Assembly (NCBI RefSeq): GCF_009914755.1
Contig: NC_060927.1
Strand: one strand, 5' to 3'
From: the human T2T-CHM13v2.0 reference genome, Homo sapiens
DNA: 64,000 bases
In this document: positions 41,750-56,552 of the stretch, one piece after another
How positions within the stretch are numbered: position 1 is the first letter of the stretch
Layout: every line of letters starts with the position of its first letter
Notes under the pieces: model-generated
Told to the model about the DNA's origin: nothing
The model's input: the letters and a program-made list of their open reading frames with translations, nothing else
Database searches by the model: none
Position numbers and translations under genes: made by a program

Positions 41750-43580
41750 GCTTCAGATGAATATCAGAATTAATGAGCGAATTCAATAATGTTTATGGAC
41801 ACAAGATCAATATGCAAAAAATCAATTGCATTTCTATATACTAGTAACAAATTAGAAATAAAATATAAAAAATGATTACAAATAATTAAATATGTATGAA
41901 TAATTATAACTAAAAATTTGTAAGACTTCTATACAGAAAATTACAAAACATTAGTGAGAAAATAATGGAAGGATGTACAATGGTGATGGTTGCTAACAAT
42001 GGACTCACGTTGCAAAAATATCAGTTGTATTCAAAGTAACCTAAAGACTCAATGCAATCCCAATAAAAATTCCAGTAGATGTGTGTTTGTGTGTGGGTGT
42101 GTTTGAAAATTGACAAGTTGTTTCTAAAAATCAGTGGAGAAGAGCTAAAACCAGTCAAAGCTATCATGAAAAAGAACAAAATTGGAAGATTTGTGCTACA
42201 GATATCAAAATGTATTTCAAAGTTACAGTAATTAAGAGTGTATGGTGTTTGTTCAATAACAGACCAATAGGCCAATGAAATAGAAGAGAGTTCAGAAACA
42301 GACTCACACATGTTGTCACTTCATTTGTGATACGGATGCTACTTTCAGTAAATGTTGTTGGGCCAAATGTATATCTACCTGTTGGAAGACAACCTTGGTC
42401 CCTCTTAAAACTGTACATAAAAATTAATTCCAGGTGGATTTTGACCTAAATTTAGGAGGGAAAACAATGAAACTTCTAAAAGGTAATATAGGAGAATATT
42501 TTTTATGACGTCTGATTTGGCAAAGGTTTCCTAATCATGACACAAAACGCCCTAGCCTTAAAGGAAAAGAATGATAAATTGAACTGCAGAACTTCTTTTT
42601 TATCAAAAGACCTTATTATAAATGTGAAGAGAGAAGCTACAGGATAGGAGAAGATATTTTCAAATGTTTATCTGACAAAGGACTCTCATCTACTATATAT
42701 AAAGAACTGTTAAATCAATAAGAAAAAAATCAATCAACGCCCTGAAATGGGCAAAAGCTTGAAAAAAACACCTCAGAAGTAGATTTCCAATACCTGAGTA
42801 GATGACAAACATATACAAAGGTGCTCAATGTCATTAATCAGTAACATGCAAATTAAAACCAAAATTAGATACCATTTTTGTTCACCAAAATGATATGTTT
42901 AAAAACACTGCAACCCTAAGTGTTTGAGAGGATAATGAAACACCTTGACCTCCTCTCCTATACTGTTGATGGGCATGTCAGTCGATACAACTTTGTCAAC
43001 ATCTACCATATCTGAATATACCTCTACTCTGTGATTCAACAATTCCACTTCTGAATATATAACCAATGGAAATGCATACATATATACTTCAGGTTATATA
43101 CACAGATGTCTATAAAAGCATTTTTGTAAGAATCTCAAACTGGGAATGTCCATTAATAGGAGAATAAATAAGTAAATTGTGAAATACCTATTCAAGAGAA
43201 CATTATACACTAATAAGAGTAAATGAACTACTATGTCATGGAACCTTATGGATAAATCGTACAAACTCAATGCTCAACAGAGAAGCCAGACGAAAAAAAG
43301 TACATATTTTATGATTTTGTTTAGAGAAAGTTTATAGATAGGCAAAGCTTATTAATTGTAATATAATTGGTAACTGTGGTTACCTTTGGTGAAGGGATTG
43401 GTTAGTGATTGTGAAGGGGACACAGGGAAGCCTCCAGGATACTAATATTTGGTTTATTTATCTCGGGTGGTGGGAGGTAGTGATTCTATAGCTATGTTTA
43501 CTTTGAAAAATCTCAATGAGCTTCACATTTAGCAAATGTGTAACTTGTTCTGTATGTATCTTTGATTTTAATTTTACCTT
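41750..43580 (+). mobile_element. Ancient L1M (L1MD/ME-like) ORF2 3' part and 3'UTR
   Basis: gacacaagatcaatatgcaaaaaatcaattgcatttctatatactag, aaagaacaaaattggaaga, tctgacaaaggactc, gtggttacctttgg. Boundaries approximate. Confidence 0.8.
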
Positions 43581-44844
43581 GTAAAATTTTAATAGATGAG
43601 CTAAAAATAATATATCAAGCATGAGTTAAGAAGCTAGCTAATAGTGAGCTAAGTTCTTGCCTTTCATATCAGATTGTTTTTAGGTTTGTCTTAACAATAA
43701 TGAGTCAAGCAATGGAGTACAATTATGTTGTCCAAAATTTTGGTGATAACTGCAAAAATACCCAAAAAAATCATTTTAAAAGGTTGACTTTAGCGAGTGA
43801 GATGGGGATGAAGGGATGGGTTTGGGGCTGGACTATTTATCATAGATTTTCTAAACCATTTGCTTACAATTATAAAACTTTTTAAAGAAAGTATCAAACT
43901 ACCAGAGGCACATTGCAGTTCCATAAATATTTATGGCATACTTAAATTATGCCAAGAGCTGTGCTAGATGCAGGGAAAACAAAGATGACTAAGATATGAT
44001 ACTTTATTTCAAGGAGTTCACAGTTTAATAATGGAAATAGGTACTTAAGCAGATGATGTCCTTTGTTATTTCTATTTTTTTCTATTATAATGCACATTTA
44101 GAAAAGACTGGAAAACAAAGAGAAAAATAAAATTACACAGTCTCATTATCAAAAAATAGTTTTCCAGAATTTCCATACATATATAACTATTTTTTGAAAT
44201 ATGTATGTATAACTATTCATATTTTTCACAACCAGACAAAATATACAGAAAAGATTTTCTCATGTCTTTAAAAATTCTTTCATACTAAGCAGTGACTGCT
44301 TATAGTCACCTAATGAGTTTGCCCCAGTTGATAGAGTCATCAGCACAGCCTTGGAGGTTGGATAAAGCTTCCTAGTAAAGATCGTTCATCACTGATAACA
44401 TATTCAGTTTCAATGAAGCATTATTATCACAAAGTAATCAAGGCTTCCCTCGGGTCCCCCCACTGAATACACACACACTACCCTGACATAGTTTTATTGG
44501 ACCCATATGATGAGCTATTGTGTTCACAAATTCAGGCTGTTCTCAAGATGTCTTTGCACTGCCATTTAAATTCATTATTTAAGAAATTTTTCTCATCTCT
44601 ATTCTTTCTGCCATCTGCCATCCACAAGCCAGTGTACTTATAACCAAGAATGGAAATTTCCAGGGCAATGAGGAGGTGGGAAAGAGAAGGAGGGCAGCTA
44701 AGATTACCCAAAACCTGAGCTCTGGCCTCCTTTTATATCAGTAGAAAACACCCCCTACTTAGCCTCCAAAGCCATTGCAAAATAGTTGGCTAAAGTAATT
44801 AGCAATGATGTTATACTCCAGGAGATAAGTGTTGTCCAAAATTC

Positions 44845-44940
44845 AGGAAAAGAAAGAGAAGGGGGAAGAAAAAGGAGAAAGGAAATGAAAAGAGAAAGGA
44901 AAAGACAAAGGGAAAGAGAAAGAGAAAGAGAAAGAAAAAG
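44845..44940 (+). repeat. Polypurine (GA-rich) low-complexity tract
   Basis: About 95 bp almost entirely A/G. Confidence 0.85.
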
Positions 44941-46199
44941 CCAGGCAGTTCTATAGAAGCACTTCTTTCATTTGAGAACTGCTTACTTTCTTCTTAGATG
45001 CCAATTGTTGAGGTTCCTTCCAAGACCTGATACTGAGATGAGATTTTACAAAATGCATTTTATGCAAAACTCCAACACACAAAAAAAGAGACGCCCACAC
45101 ACTCAGCAGGTCTAACACTCAAGAATTATATACATCAAATTTGCTAGAAATAAAGGAAAAGTAAGTGATAATTTCCAAACTGACCTGGATATAGAAGTTC
45201 TTGAGTCAAACTTTGATAACAGATGGAATGATGTTTCCTGACAGTTACACACACTCTTTGCCAGGGTGAAATGATAACCAGTGACAGAATGGTCATAATA
45301 ACTTTGGAAAATGAAAGGCTATGAGGACCAGAATTTTATTTTTTTAACTACTTAAATTAGAAGTAGTTATCTATGCTGAAATGAGACTTTGAAATTGTGG
45401 TGACTCAGACATAGACTAGTACTTTTCAACAACACTTATGAATGCTACAATTAATCCAGTAATTCATTTTACTAATAAAATACAACTAGGATGCTAAATA
45501 ATCTGAACATATTACTTCTCTTACTTTAAGTGCTTTACACATTATAATTAGCAAAGCAAAGTTAAAATCATACACATAATTAAGGAAAGCAGTGTTAAAA
45601 TAAATGAAACAGAATTGTTCTCTGTACTCGATTTAATCTCCATGGAAAGACTATTACATAGTGTTAAAGATGGTAGGGCTTCCAAACACTTAGCCCATAA
45701 GTATATTAAGGGTGCCTGAAGTCGATGTTTAATTTCTTTGACTTGGAGCAGAATCAGTTCTTTTCTTTGGTGAGTGTTTATCATAAGTAGAGCTCTTATC
45801 TTCCAAATAAAAGACTTAAGCATCAGAACTGCTGTGCTTCTAAAACAATACAGAAGAATGAACCTCTATTTAGAATCTACAAAGAACAAATCCAACATTT
45901 AGTTGTTACACGATATATATTTTTCGTGGAATATTTTTGACCTGTTGGGAAACATTTAATTTTTGAACATTTAGGAATAATACATACTTATACATTCTTG
46001 CGTGTATCAAGCATTTATTGAGTATATTTTGAATTTATTTCATCAATAAGTTATGTCTACCAAGAGCCGCTCTTTACTATTTAAGAGGTTGCAGGAAAAC
46101 CTTAAATCTGAGTCATTTTCCCCAAATTTAATTGCATTGAGCATGCTGAAAATTCATAACATGTTTCACTTTCATAAGGAAAATTACATAAACTGAGCA

Positions 46200-46420
46200 A
46201 ATACTGTTTTTGATACATATACTAGGCACTTTTTAAAAAATACATTTGTCTTTAAATCTTGAAATAGCCCTATGAGTAAGGGCTATTTAACATAATGAGT
46301 ATGCCCATTTAACATGAATCTGTTTAAAGGAATTATGTAACCTACCAAGTTCACACAATTAGGAAGTAGCAAAATCAGTATTCAAATCCAGATCTGTCTG
46401 ATTCTGAAGTTCATCTTCTC
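46200..46420 (-). mobile_element. MIR SINE
   Basis: actaggcact..taacctaccaagttcacacaattaggaagtagca..attcaaatccagatctgtctgattc. Confidence 0.65.
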
Positions 46421-47366
46421 TCTGCAACATTATATTGCTTCTTGTATATAGACCCTAAGTTTAACCCTATTCTAGTAGCTTTTCTAAAATACTGAGGTCT
46501 TGTTATGAAGGGAGTGATTTTATAGACATAGTGACCATTATTCCATAGAGAAATTATGTATTACCTAGGAAATAATTTTAATTCCAATGTAAGATTAGAA
46601 TTAAGTTAGTATGCCAGTGTTTGGTAATTTCTGATAAATGTAGGGGGAGAACAAGATTTGAATTGGGGAGGTCCTGAAATACTCAGGAAGATAGAAGTAA
46701 TAATATGTTGACATATTTGCACCAATGTATCCATTATGATGCTAAGAAATTTTTAACATAGCTTCTTGGGCACTAAGGTTTTGTACATGTACATTTTGAT
46801 AGATCCTAATAGACAAGCTACTAAATGTTTAGTCTTTTTTTAAGCCCCAAATTACTGAAACAGATGATTTTACCCAACACATAAGCTTCATACTTCATTC
46901 CTAATCCTGTCCCAGAATAAGGATCAGGGATAAAATCTGAATATTACTTAGAGTTGAATTATCCATAAATATGAACGTGCTTGACCCTCATCTTTCTCTC
47001 AGTTTCACAGTTCCAGGTGTGTCCAAGGCCTTCTTGGATTATCTGCTGGTTTAGAAACCATTTCGGTTTCATTCTGCTAATGACTAGTGAGTGCAAAATC
47101 CTGTCATACCTTCTCTGACTTGATGATACCTAGATGCTTCCCAAAGTGGGTAATTCCTGGAAAGTGAGGTCCATCCTTTCACTCTACTGTTCTCCAGAAG
47201 AAATACCCACCCTAAATCTCCATATGCCCTCAAATTCTGGTGAACAAAATTGTTCATGTCATTACACTTTGATGGTAGGTTTGGGACAGGCTCAAAGGGC
47301 AGGCTTAGCAAGAAACTGGAGGTTAAATACTATCTGGTTGACAAACCTCATTGAAACAAGAGTCCC

Positions 47367-47393
47367 ATATATATATATATATATATATATATA
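47367..47393. repeat. (AT)n microsatellite
   Basis: Perfect AT run. Confidence 0.9.
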
Positions 47394-48095
47394 CCCTGCT
47401 GGTGCATCTCATGGTGGCAACAAGGACTCTAAGCAGAATACCTCTTTTTCTCTGTGAATTCATTTGTTTCTTGAATGGTCTCAAATTTTCCAATATCTCC
47501 CTCAAAATTAAAATAACTGCAGAGCTGGGGTTGGGCTGGGTATTGGAGCTTCACACTGCTCAAGAAATCCTCAGTTACATTTTTAACAACTTCCTCCATA
47601 TCTGCATTAATATAAATGTATCATATTTAATATTCTAAAACGAATTTTAAATGATGGCTTTTTGAGGGGGTGAGACTAAAATTCCCACAAAGGCTAACTA
47701 ATTAAAATAGACTTATTTCAAAAATTTATTTCATTCATTACTATTATAAAAGTAATTATTAAACTATAACTTTATAGCTTTTCTATCAAACAATGAAGAC
47801 TATTTTATTGTAACTATCAAACTATACATAACTATTAAAATAATATAGATGTAAATTGAGTTCAAATAAAAGTTTATCATAACCAGAATGGCAGCTAGCA
47901 GGTTAAACGTAAATCAAAGGGGCCTATTTTGCATATGATTGAGTATTTTTAAAGATATTTTTACTCTGATCAAGCCATATGGAATCAAAGTGACTGCTTC
48001 AGGATGTACCCTGTGACACACTGTCTGTACCAAAATGCTTGTACCAAAATAGCTGTATCAACATGGCCATGTAACCATGCTCTGCTCTGCTCTGA

Positions 48096-48431
<336 letters not shown>

Positions 48432-49226
48432 TAAACGCAAGATGTTCTAATGCAGGTATCAGAAGTGAAAAGCATACCAACTTCTTTATTCCTTTACATT
48501 TTTAATTATTCATGAATCCCAATCCATCTTCTTTCACTTGCTTTGGCTTGTGTTTTCACAATGCCAATTTGGATTGACCGAAGTTTTATATTAACTTGCT
48601 GCTTATTCGATCAGGTGGATTTATTTTCCTTCTTATTGTCTCTTTTCAAAGGAATCAATTCTTACGATAATTTAACAGTGTAATCTGGGATAATTATATT
48701 AATCAAGTTTCTGTTTCCCTTAACATCAATAAAGTTAAAAAATTCCATCAAAGGGGTTATCTTTATACTTCCAGAAACACCCCAGACTGCCACTATAAAA
48801 ACAGTATTATATAAATCAACGAACCATTTCATCAACCCACCAGCCAAACCTGTAACCAACATTTTAGTAGTGATTAATTGGTTTCTCCTCTCTTCGCATA
48901 ATCACCAGTGGGTCCAAATTCCATATCTTCTGTCCTGACTAGGACTCTCTGTGAGAAGGAAGTCACAATGAGTTATATGTTTTCCTGCTAGAGGCTTTTT
49001 TAATTTGTTCTGTTTCTCCAGACTTCTTATCAGCTGATTATTCAGTAGCACATAATTCACAGTCACTGAAAAATCTCTCCAGGATTATACATACTTAGAT
49101 TTCCTCTTCTGTATGCTGGATGGCCAAACAGCAGGAGACAGTAGGAAGAGCATCCCTGCTGTCTTGCAAAGTAAATCAGTTAGACTACACTTACCCCAAT
49201 TTGATTTCCTCCTTCATCTTCTCTGA

Positions 49227-49511
<285 letters not shown>

Positions 49512-50177
49512 TGACTCTGGAGCATAAATTAAGAAGATGAAATGGGGGAAAAAACTGCTATTGAGAGTAGGAAAAGAACAGATGAAGACATGAACTCAGG
49601 AGTATTCCTCATATGAGTTTAGTGTGCCTATGTGTTATATCCAACATATTATTTAATTCTTGCAAAAAAATCCAGTAGTATAAATATTATCTCCATTTTA
49701 GACATGAATAAATAGTACTTTAGTTAACTAGCCCAGATCACCTAGTAAGAAAATAAACTCAGTTATTTTTTATTCCTAAAGCCAAATTATTAATCATGAT
49801 ATATACTGCCTTCTGGTGAAATAGCTGCTCAGTTTTAAGAGGGCATTTATTTTTGTGGAAAATTAATTCAGAGAACACAAAAATTAAATTGTACCTGTAC
49901 TAGAAATAGAGCAAAGGTGACTATGTTTCAAGAAAAAGCTCTCATAGCAGTCATTAACCTAATACTGTCAAGGTGACTATAGGCTCTTTTTACTTCCTTA
50001 AAGAAAACTTACAAGATATATTGTGAAAATTTTGTGCCACAGAATTGACTCTCAATATTAATACATAATTGGTCTTCATTGAAATATAAAAGGCAGTTGA
50101 CAAAAATGGCATGCAGAGTTAATGTATTGAAAATCTTATTTACAATTTTATGTAGGGCTCTTTTAAAAACCACTCTA

Positions 50178-50498
<321 letters not shown>

Positions 50499-50967
50499 CT
50501 AACGTTTATTGAGGACTTATGAATGAATTCAGTACTGGTCTAAACAGTGATAATGCAGCAAAAAAGAAATGGCCAAAATCCTTGCCTGCATGAAAATTAA
50601 ACTGAAGTGGAAGATATAATGGGGTCTGAGACCAGCCAAGGTGGTAGTAATGATGGTGAGAGGCAGGTGAATTCAGGATGTATTTCAAACACCAATATAA
50701 AACACAATATTTAGAGTTTGTGCTAATAAAAGGGGGTGAATTCAGTACTTTATTTTCAATTTTTAAGAACCTTGTATTTGTAAACAATTATTTGCAAAGT
50801 GTGCTCACACACAAGGTCTCATTTAAGCCTTTACAACACAGAGAGACAGATGGTGAAGGTATTTTCTCTGATTTTTCTAAAGTCAAAGCTAACCTAAGAC
50901 TTTGGACTCTGTATTCAGCATTCCTTCCATGTCTAAACAATATCTATTTTTCTAATTTTAAAAAAAC

Positions 50968-51439
50968 CCTGCACTCATATGTTTATCACAGCACTATTTA
51001 TGATATCAACAATATGGAATCAACCTAAGTGTTCATCATTGGATGAATGGATTAAAAATGTGGTACATATATGCAATGGAATACTATTCAGCCATAAAGA
51101 AGAATGAAATCATATATTTTGCAGCAATATGGATTGAACTGGAGGCCATTATCTTAAGTAAAATAACTCAGAAAAAGAAAGTGAAATACTACATGTTCTC
51201 ACTTATAATTGGGAGGTAAATAAAGTGTACAGATGGACATAGAGTGTGGAATAATAGACACGGGAGACCAGGAAAAGTGGAAGACTGGAGGAGGGGCGTG
51301 AGGGATGAAAATAAATTAATATACAATGTACACCATTCAAGTGATGGTTACACTGAAAGTCCAGACTTCACCACTAGGCAATATATCTATGTAACAAAAC
51401 TGCACTTGTATCCTTTAAATTTATGCAAATTTTAAAAAA
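50968..51439 (+). mobile_element. L1PB (L1PB4-like) 3' end
   Basis: gcactcatatgtttatcacagcactatt..ggaatactattcagccataaag..ccagacttcaccact..gtaacaaaactgcacttgta. Confidence 0.85.
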
Positions 51440-51611
51440 CCATTATTCTATATAATCATTGTAGGCCTTCTATCAATGGATTCTGGCTACTAAGCTTCAA
51501 AATAGATTATATTTTGGAAGAGAAAAAGAGAACTAATATGTATTGAATCCCTCATATGAGCTGGGTGTTTTATGCCCATTATTGAATTTAAATCATGCAA
51601 TTTATTATTTG

Positions 51612-51935
51612 TGGGTTATGATCTGAATGTCTGCGTCCCCCCAAAATTGATATGTCAAAACCTAATCCCCAATATGATGGCATTAGGGGTGGGGCCTTGA
51701 AGAGGTGAATAGGTGATGAGGGCACAGCCCTCGTGAATGGGATTCGTGTCTTTATAGTAGAGGCTCAAGAGAGCTACCTTGCCCTTTCTCCCATGTGCGG
51801 ACACAACGGAAAGGTGCCATTTGTGAATCACAAAATGAGCCCTTACCAAACACCAGCCTGCAGAACTATGAGAAATAATTTTTTTGTTTATAAGCTACCC
51901 AGTTTACAGTATGGCAACCTGAATAGACTAAGACA
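51612..51935 (+). mobile_element. MLT1A-like MaLR LTR
   Basis: ctgaatgtctgcgtccccccaaaatt..cctaatccccaat..gccctcgtgaatgggatt..gaatagactaagaca. Confidence 0.85.
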
Positions 51936-52216
51936 GTATGATTATTTTCAAAATTAAAGGTGAAGAGATAGACACTAGTGAATGATGAAAGACCCATATG
52001 CTTTTCACAGCTTCATGTTGACTTGTCTACCACTTAGAGTAAAGGTAGGGTTTGTCTTTCAAATTTGTGACTCAGTTCTTGTCTCATCCTCTTATGTTTT
52101 TCTCCTCAATAGAAAGGCATGAAATAGCAACTCAGAGTTTACTATTAATGTGGTCATTTCTTTATCAATATTAAAGTAAGGCTCAATAATAGAGTAACTC
52201 AATATTAGAGTAAGGC

Positions 52217-52219
<3 letters not shown>

Positions 52220-52266
<47 letters not shown>
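52220..52266 (+). repeat. (TG)23 microsatellite
   Basis: Perfect dinucleotide run; reads as UG repeats in the KCNH8 pre-mRNA. Confidence 0.97.
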
Positions 52267-52271
<5 letters not shown>

Positions 52272-54817
52272 TTCTTAAGGGGAGAATTTAACACTCTTCC
52301 TGGCCTCTTCTCAAGTTTGGGAAGTTAAAGGCCAGTCACCCTATCATCTTGTGATTCTAAATTAGAATTAATAATTATTCTTAATTTGTTTCAAAAACTT
52401 AACCTTAATCATAAAATATTTTTTATTGATTTTCCTTAGTACCACTAAACGTTTTATAGCCTGCCTAATGATTCAGCCTGTTTTTAAGAGGGCATCTAGA
52501 CTTTCTCTTTAGCATCTTATGGTTTTGATATTCATGTTAGCAAATACAATGCAGCATTCTAAACAGACATAATGTGTATTTTTCTATAATTGTGGTGTAT
52601 TTTAAATTTAGGTGGCTAGCAACAGTTTTAGGAATAGAATATGAAGGCATCATCCATGACACTAGAGCACAATAAGTACAGATTTAGTGGCTTCTATGTA
52701 ACTTCCATTGCTAGTCAAATATGATTCAATTGGATATTTCTTGTTATGTTTTTTTAAAAACTACTTACGGCTGAAAGACTTAATTCATTATCTTTTGCTC
52801 CTGGCCCCAAGTTTCTCCATAAATTGTGATTAACATGGGTAATATTTTCACATCTTTGCTTCTACCATGTATACATCAAAAGTGCAAATTGCTGCATGAC
52901 CATTCTAAACACTGGTATGTGGTACTGGGACTAAACTCAACAAAGACAATAAATGATTAATATTTACTTTCTGTGATTAACATTACTTCAATAAAGATTG
53001 ATTATTTTACTTTCCCTATAGCAATATTGCCTTATAGGGCTAATTCAAATCAATAATACTTTGATAAACTTAGCAAGTACATGACATTATACTTGACCTG
53101 TAGATATTTAGCACATGTTCACTCTGCCAATGAAAAAAAGCTAATGTTCTTCTTCCTCACAACAGCTGTCCAACCATAAACTTGTTCTAGCAACTTTCTT
53201 GTCCAGTCAAGATGTGCAGACATTTCTTAATCTGATACCTGGAAAGGGTAGGGGCAGGAATTTGTTATGGGGCTAGAATGTGTTTGCCTTGTACACCTTG
53301 ATTTCATGTCCAGGTAATAGTGTTTCCCCCACCAATTTCTTCATTGTTTTAAAAGAAAATGGCAAAGCCTGAATAAATGTACTCTCCACAGAACATTAGT
53401 CTGCCTAATTATAACTAAACGTAAGTTATAGCTCTAACCTGGGTGGTTTGCAGATGCATCCCATCACCTTATGTTTTTCAATGAAAGAGTAACTGATTAG
53501 CAAAGATCAATAGTATAATGCTGAAAAATGGAGCCCACAAGGAAATCTTTCTCATCTTTTAGAAATAAGGATACTGAGACCCAAAGTTACTTAAAAACTT
53601 AACTAAAGGTCCTAAATCTAGACAGTAAGAAGGCCACAAGACTGTAAAATTAGTGAGGTAGTTTTAGGTAATGAGGTGAATACCAACATGGTATTCACCA
53701 GTACCTGCTTGCCAGGACTCAATACAAGGTCCAGCACGCGTGGTCAGTTCTCCATAAATATTCATTGAACGAATAAATGAAGTGGAATTCTTTCTAGGAT
53801 GCCAAGATTGGCAGGATGTTGGTGCTGTTTTTATAGCTAATGTCATTGTGACTGAAATAGCCATACCATGGCAACCCAAAGTATGAAAAGTATGATGACC
53901 CGAAAGTTATTGCAGACACTAGTTGCTTAGCAGAGAATGTGAATGCTTATTGTGCAAGAGACTGCATCATGATAAATTCTCCTCAAATATACAAAATTTA
54001 AAAATTTGCTGTATTCAAAACATTTTGGCTATATTTACATCCTGCATCAGTATCCAACTTTGAGTTTTGAGCAGCAAGTTAGATTTCTAATGAAATATAC
54101 AAGAAACAAAATTTCCAAGTTTAGCAATATTGACAACAATAAATCAGACTTAAATTCTTCCACACCATGTGGCTATGTATTATTCCTAGTGTCTATAAAT
54201 ATAGATTTTAGTCTACTTTTTCTTCTACCAAAATAGGCTAAATTTCAAGGTTTAAGTCCAGTACTAACTTGAAGATAATACCTAGTTGTAATCTAATAAT
54301 TTTAAAACTCTATTTTTTATTTGACATACATATTTATGAAAAACTCAGATATTCATAGTCAATTTGACATGTTTTCTTTTACTGTCAAATCTGATAAAAC
54401 AGACTTGTATTGAAGCCTGCTACATACCAGGGACTTTGCTTCCACAAATGCTGGGCACAATAAAAAATAAAAATTTTAAACAATGCTGGGTACAATAAAA
54501 AATTTAAAAGTTAAAAAAATTGTTGAATGGGAAGTAGAGGCCATTTGTCATAATAACATTCCAAAGATATAGCTTGCTTGCTGCTTGTTGTTGTTAGTTA
54601 AAATTTGTTAGTTGTTGGTTCTTTATGAAATTGAGCATAATGGCCATAAAACAAATAAAAGCTAAAGCCCAGGTATGATGCTATTGTATGCCAAAGTTGA
54701 AAAGCCCTGCCCCAAGGTAAACATTCTTCTCTTTTCAGTGTAATCTCACTGAAAAATGAAGCCTGTAAGTCAAATGAGGTTATCAGTCCTAAGCTTGCTT
54801 TTTTTTTTTGAAAATGA

Positions 54818-55069
<252 letters not shown>

Positions 55070-56049
55070 TAGTGCTAAGACCTAATAACATTGGGCCTGG
55101 AGATCATTTGTAACAGTAAAGGCAGATGTCATGACCTCACCTTAAAAAGTCTCTGAATATCTAAGACGTGAATATTCAGCCACCAGTTAAGCAATTAAAT
55201 AATTAGCGAGAAGCCAAACCTAGAGTTTGTTATTAACATTCTAGGAAAATATTTTTCATGAATGACTTCTCAACTCAGTTTCTTTCTTGTTTCTTTTCAT
55301 ATGCTTAAAACTACAATCCATTTCAGTTATATATAACATTAGGTAGAGATGTGTGATTTCTCCAGAATTTAAAGATTTCCAGATGAAGTATATGGTTCAG
55401 TTTGCTGTGTTTGTAATTGTTCACTACTCCAATTGCTTGACATAGATTTTGCTTAAAAATAATCTTTTATTTAATGGTACACAAAACAGTCTATCTTAAA
55501 GTGAGTAAATATGCATAAAAGGATTCAAGCGAAGGATTGTCACACTGAAAGCATAATGAACATTTTATGCAATTATATATTTGCTGCAAGTTTCGTATTA
55601 GACAAACAGCTTTCCTGTCAAAATATGTACTATACTGCATCCTGTGATTAAGCTGATCGTGAACATGACTTCATTAGATGTCTCAGAGAGAGACATGATT
55701 TAATAGGAATGATTGTTGAAAGGCAAGCCAAGGCATGCATAGCATTGTGTAACAACAAGCCTTTATATGCTGTCTTGAGCTTTGTCCCAGATATTTGTAA
55801 CTCTTGATTTTTTTCCTATGTACTTAAGAAGCTATGGTTTGGACCAACCCATATTGTGCAGATATTCATGTCAATCATTAGTATTCTCTGCTTTGAAAGG
55901 TAGAAAGAAAACTTAAATTGTGTATTATTTTATCTTGGTTGGGGCTATCTAATGACAGTAAGTATGTAGATAATATCCCATTATGAGGTTCAAGATGACC
56001 AGTTTTGCATATATGCTTCTCTCCATTGTTGATAGCAAACAGCAGAGTA

Positions 56050-56290
56050 GGTACCAACATTTACTGGCTATGTTTTATGTGTTAAGCACTCTACCTATGT
56101 AAAGCATCTCATTTATTGCTTAAGACAAATCTTTAAGGTAAGTCTTGATCTATTTTTATGGAAGAGAAAACAAATTCAGAATGGTTAAATCACGTGTGTA
56201 TGTTCACACATACTTGCAGGTGGCTGGGTCAGAGTTTCAACATAGGTATCAGAGTTTAAAACATATATTGTTTCTGTTAAATATGTTGCC
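56050..56290 (-). mobile_element. MIR SINE
   Basis: aacatttactg..gttaagcact..tctcattta..tttatggaagagaaaacaaattcagaatggttaaatcac..gttcacaca. Confidence 0.6.
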
Positions 56291-56552
56291 TCATCTTGAA
56301 ATCCTTTTCATGTCTTTTAAAAAAAATCAGTAGATTGAATTTTAAAACTACAGGTGTCTTTTGTGCTCACCATGACAGCATAAAATGACAATTGTTTTGA
56401 AAATCAAAGGTGAGTTAGGGGGTGGAAGTAATCAAAGAGAAGAAGAAATTAGCAAAGAGAGAAAAATCGCTAATATTCCTCAGCATAGAAAGTGGGAAAT
56501 ATTGGATCTCAATCTCTATTTTATTTCATTTGACTTATTAAGGATCCTTATC

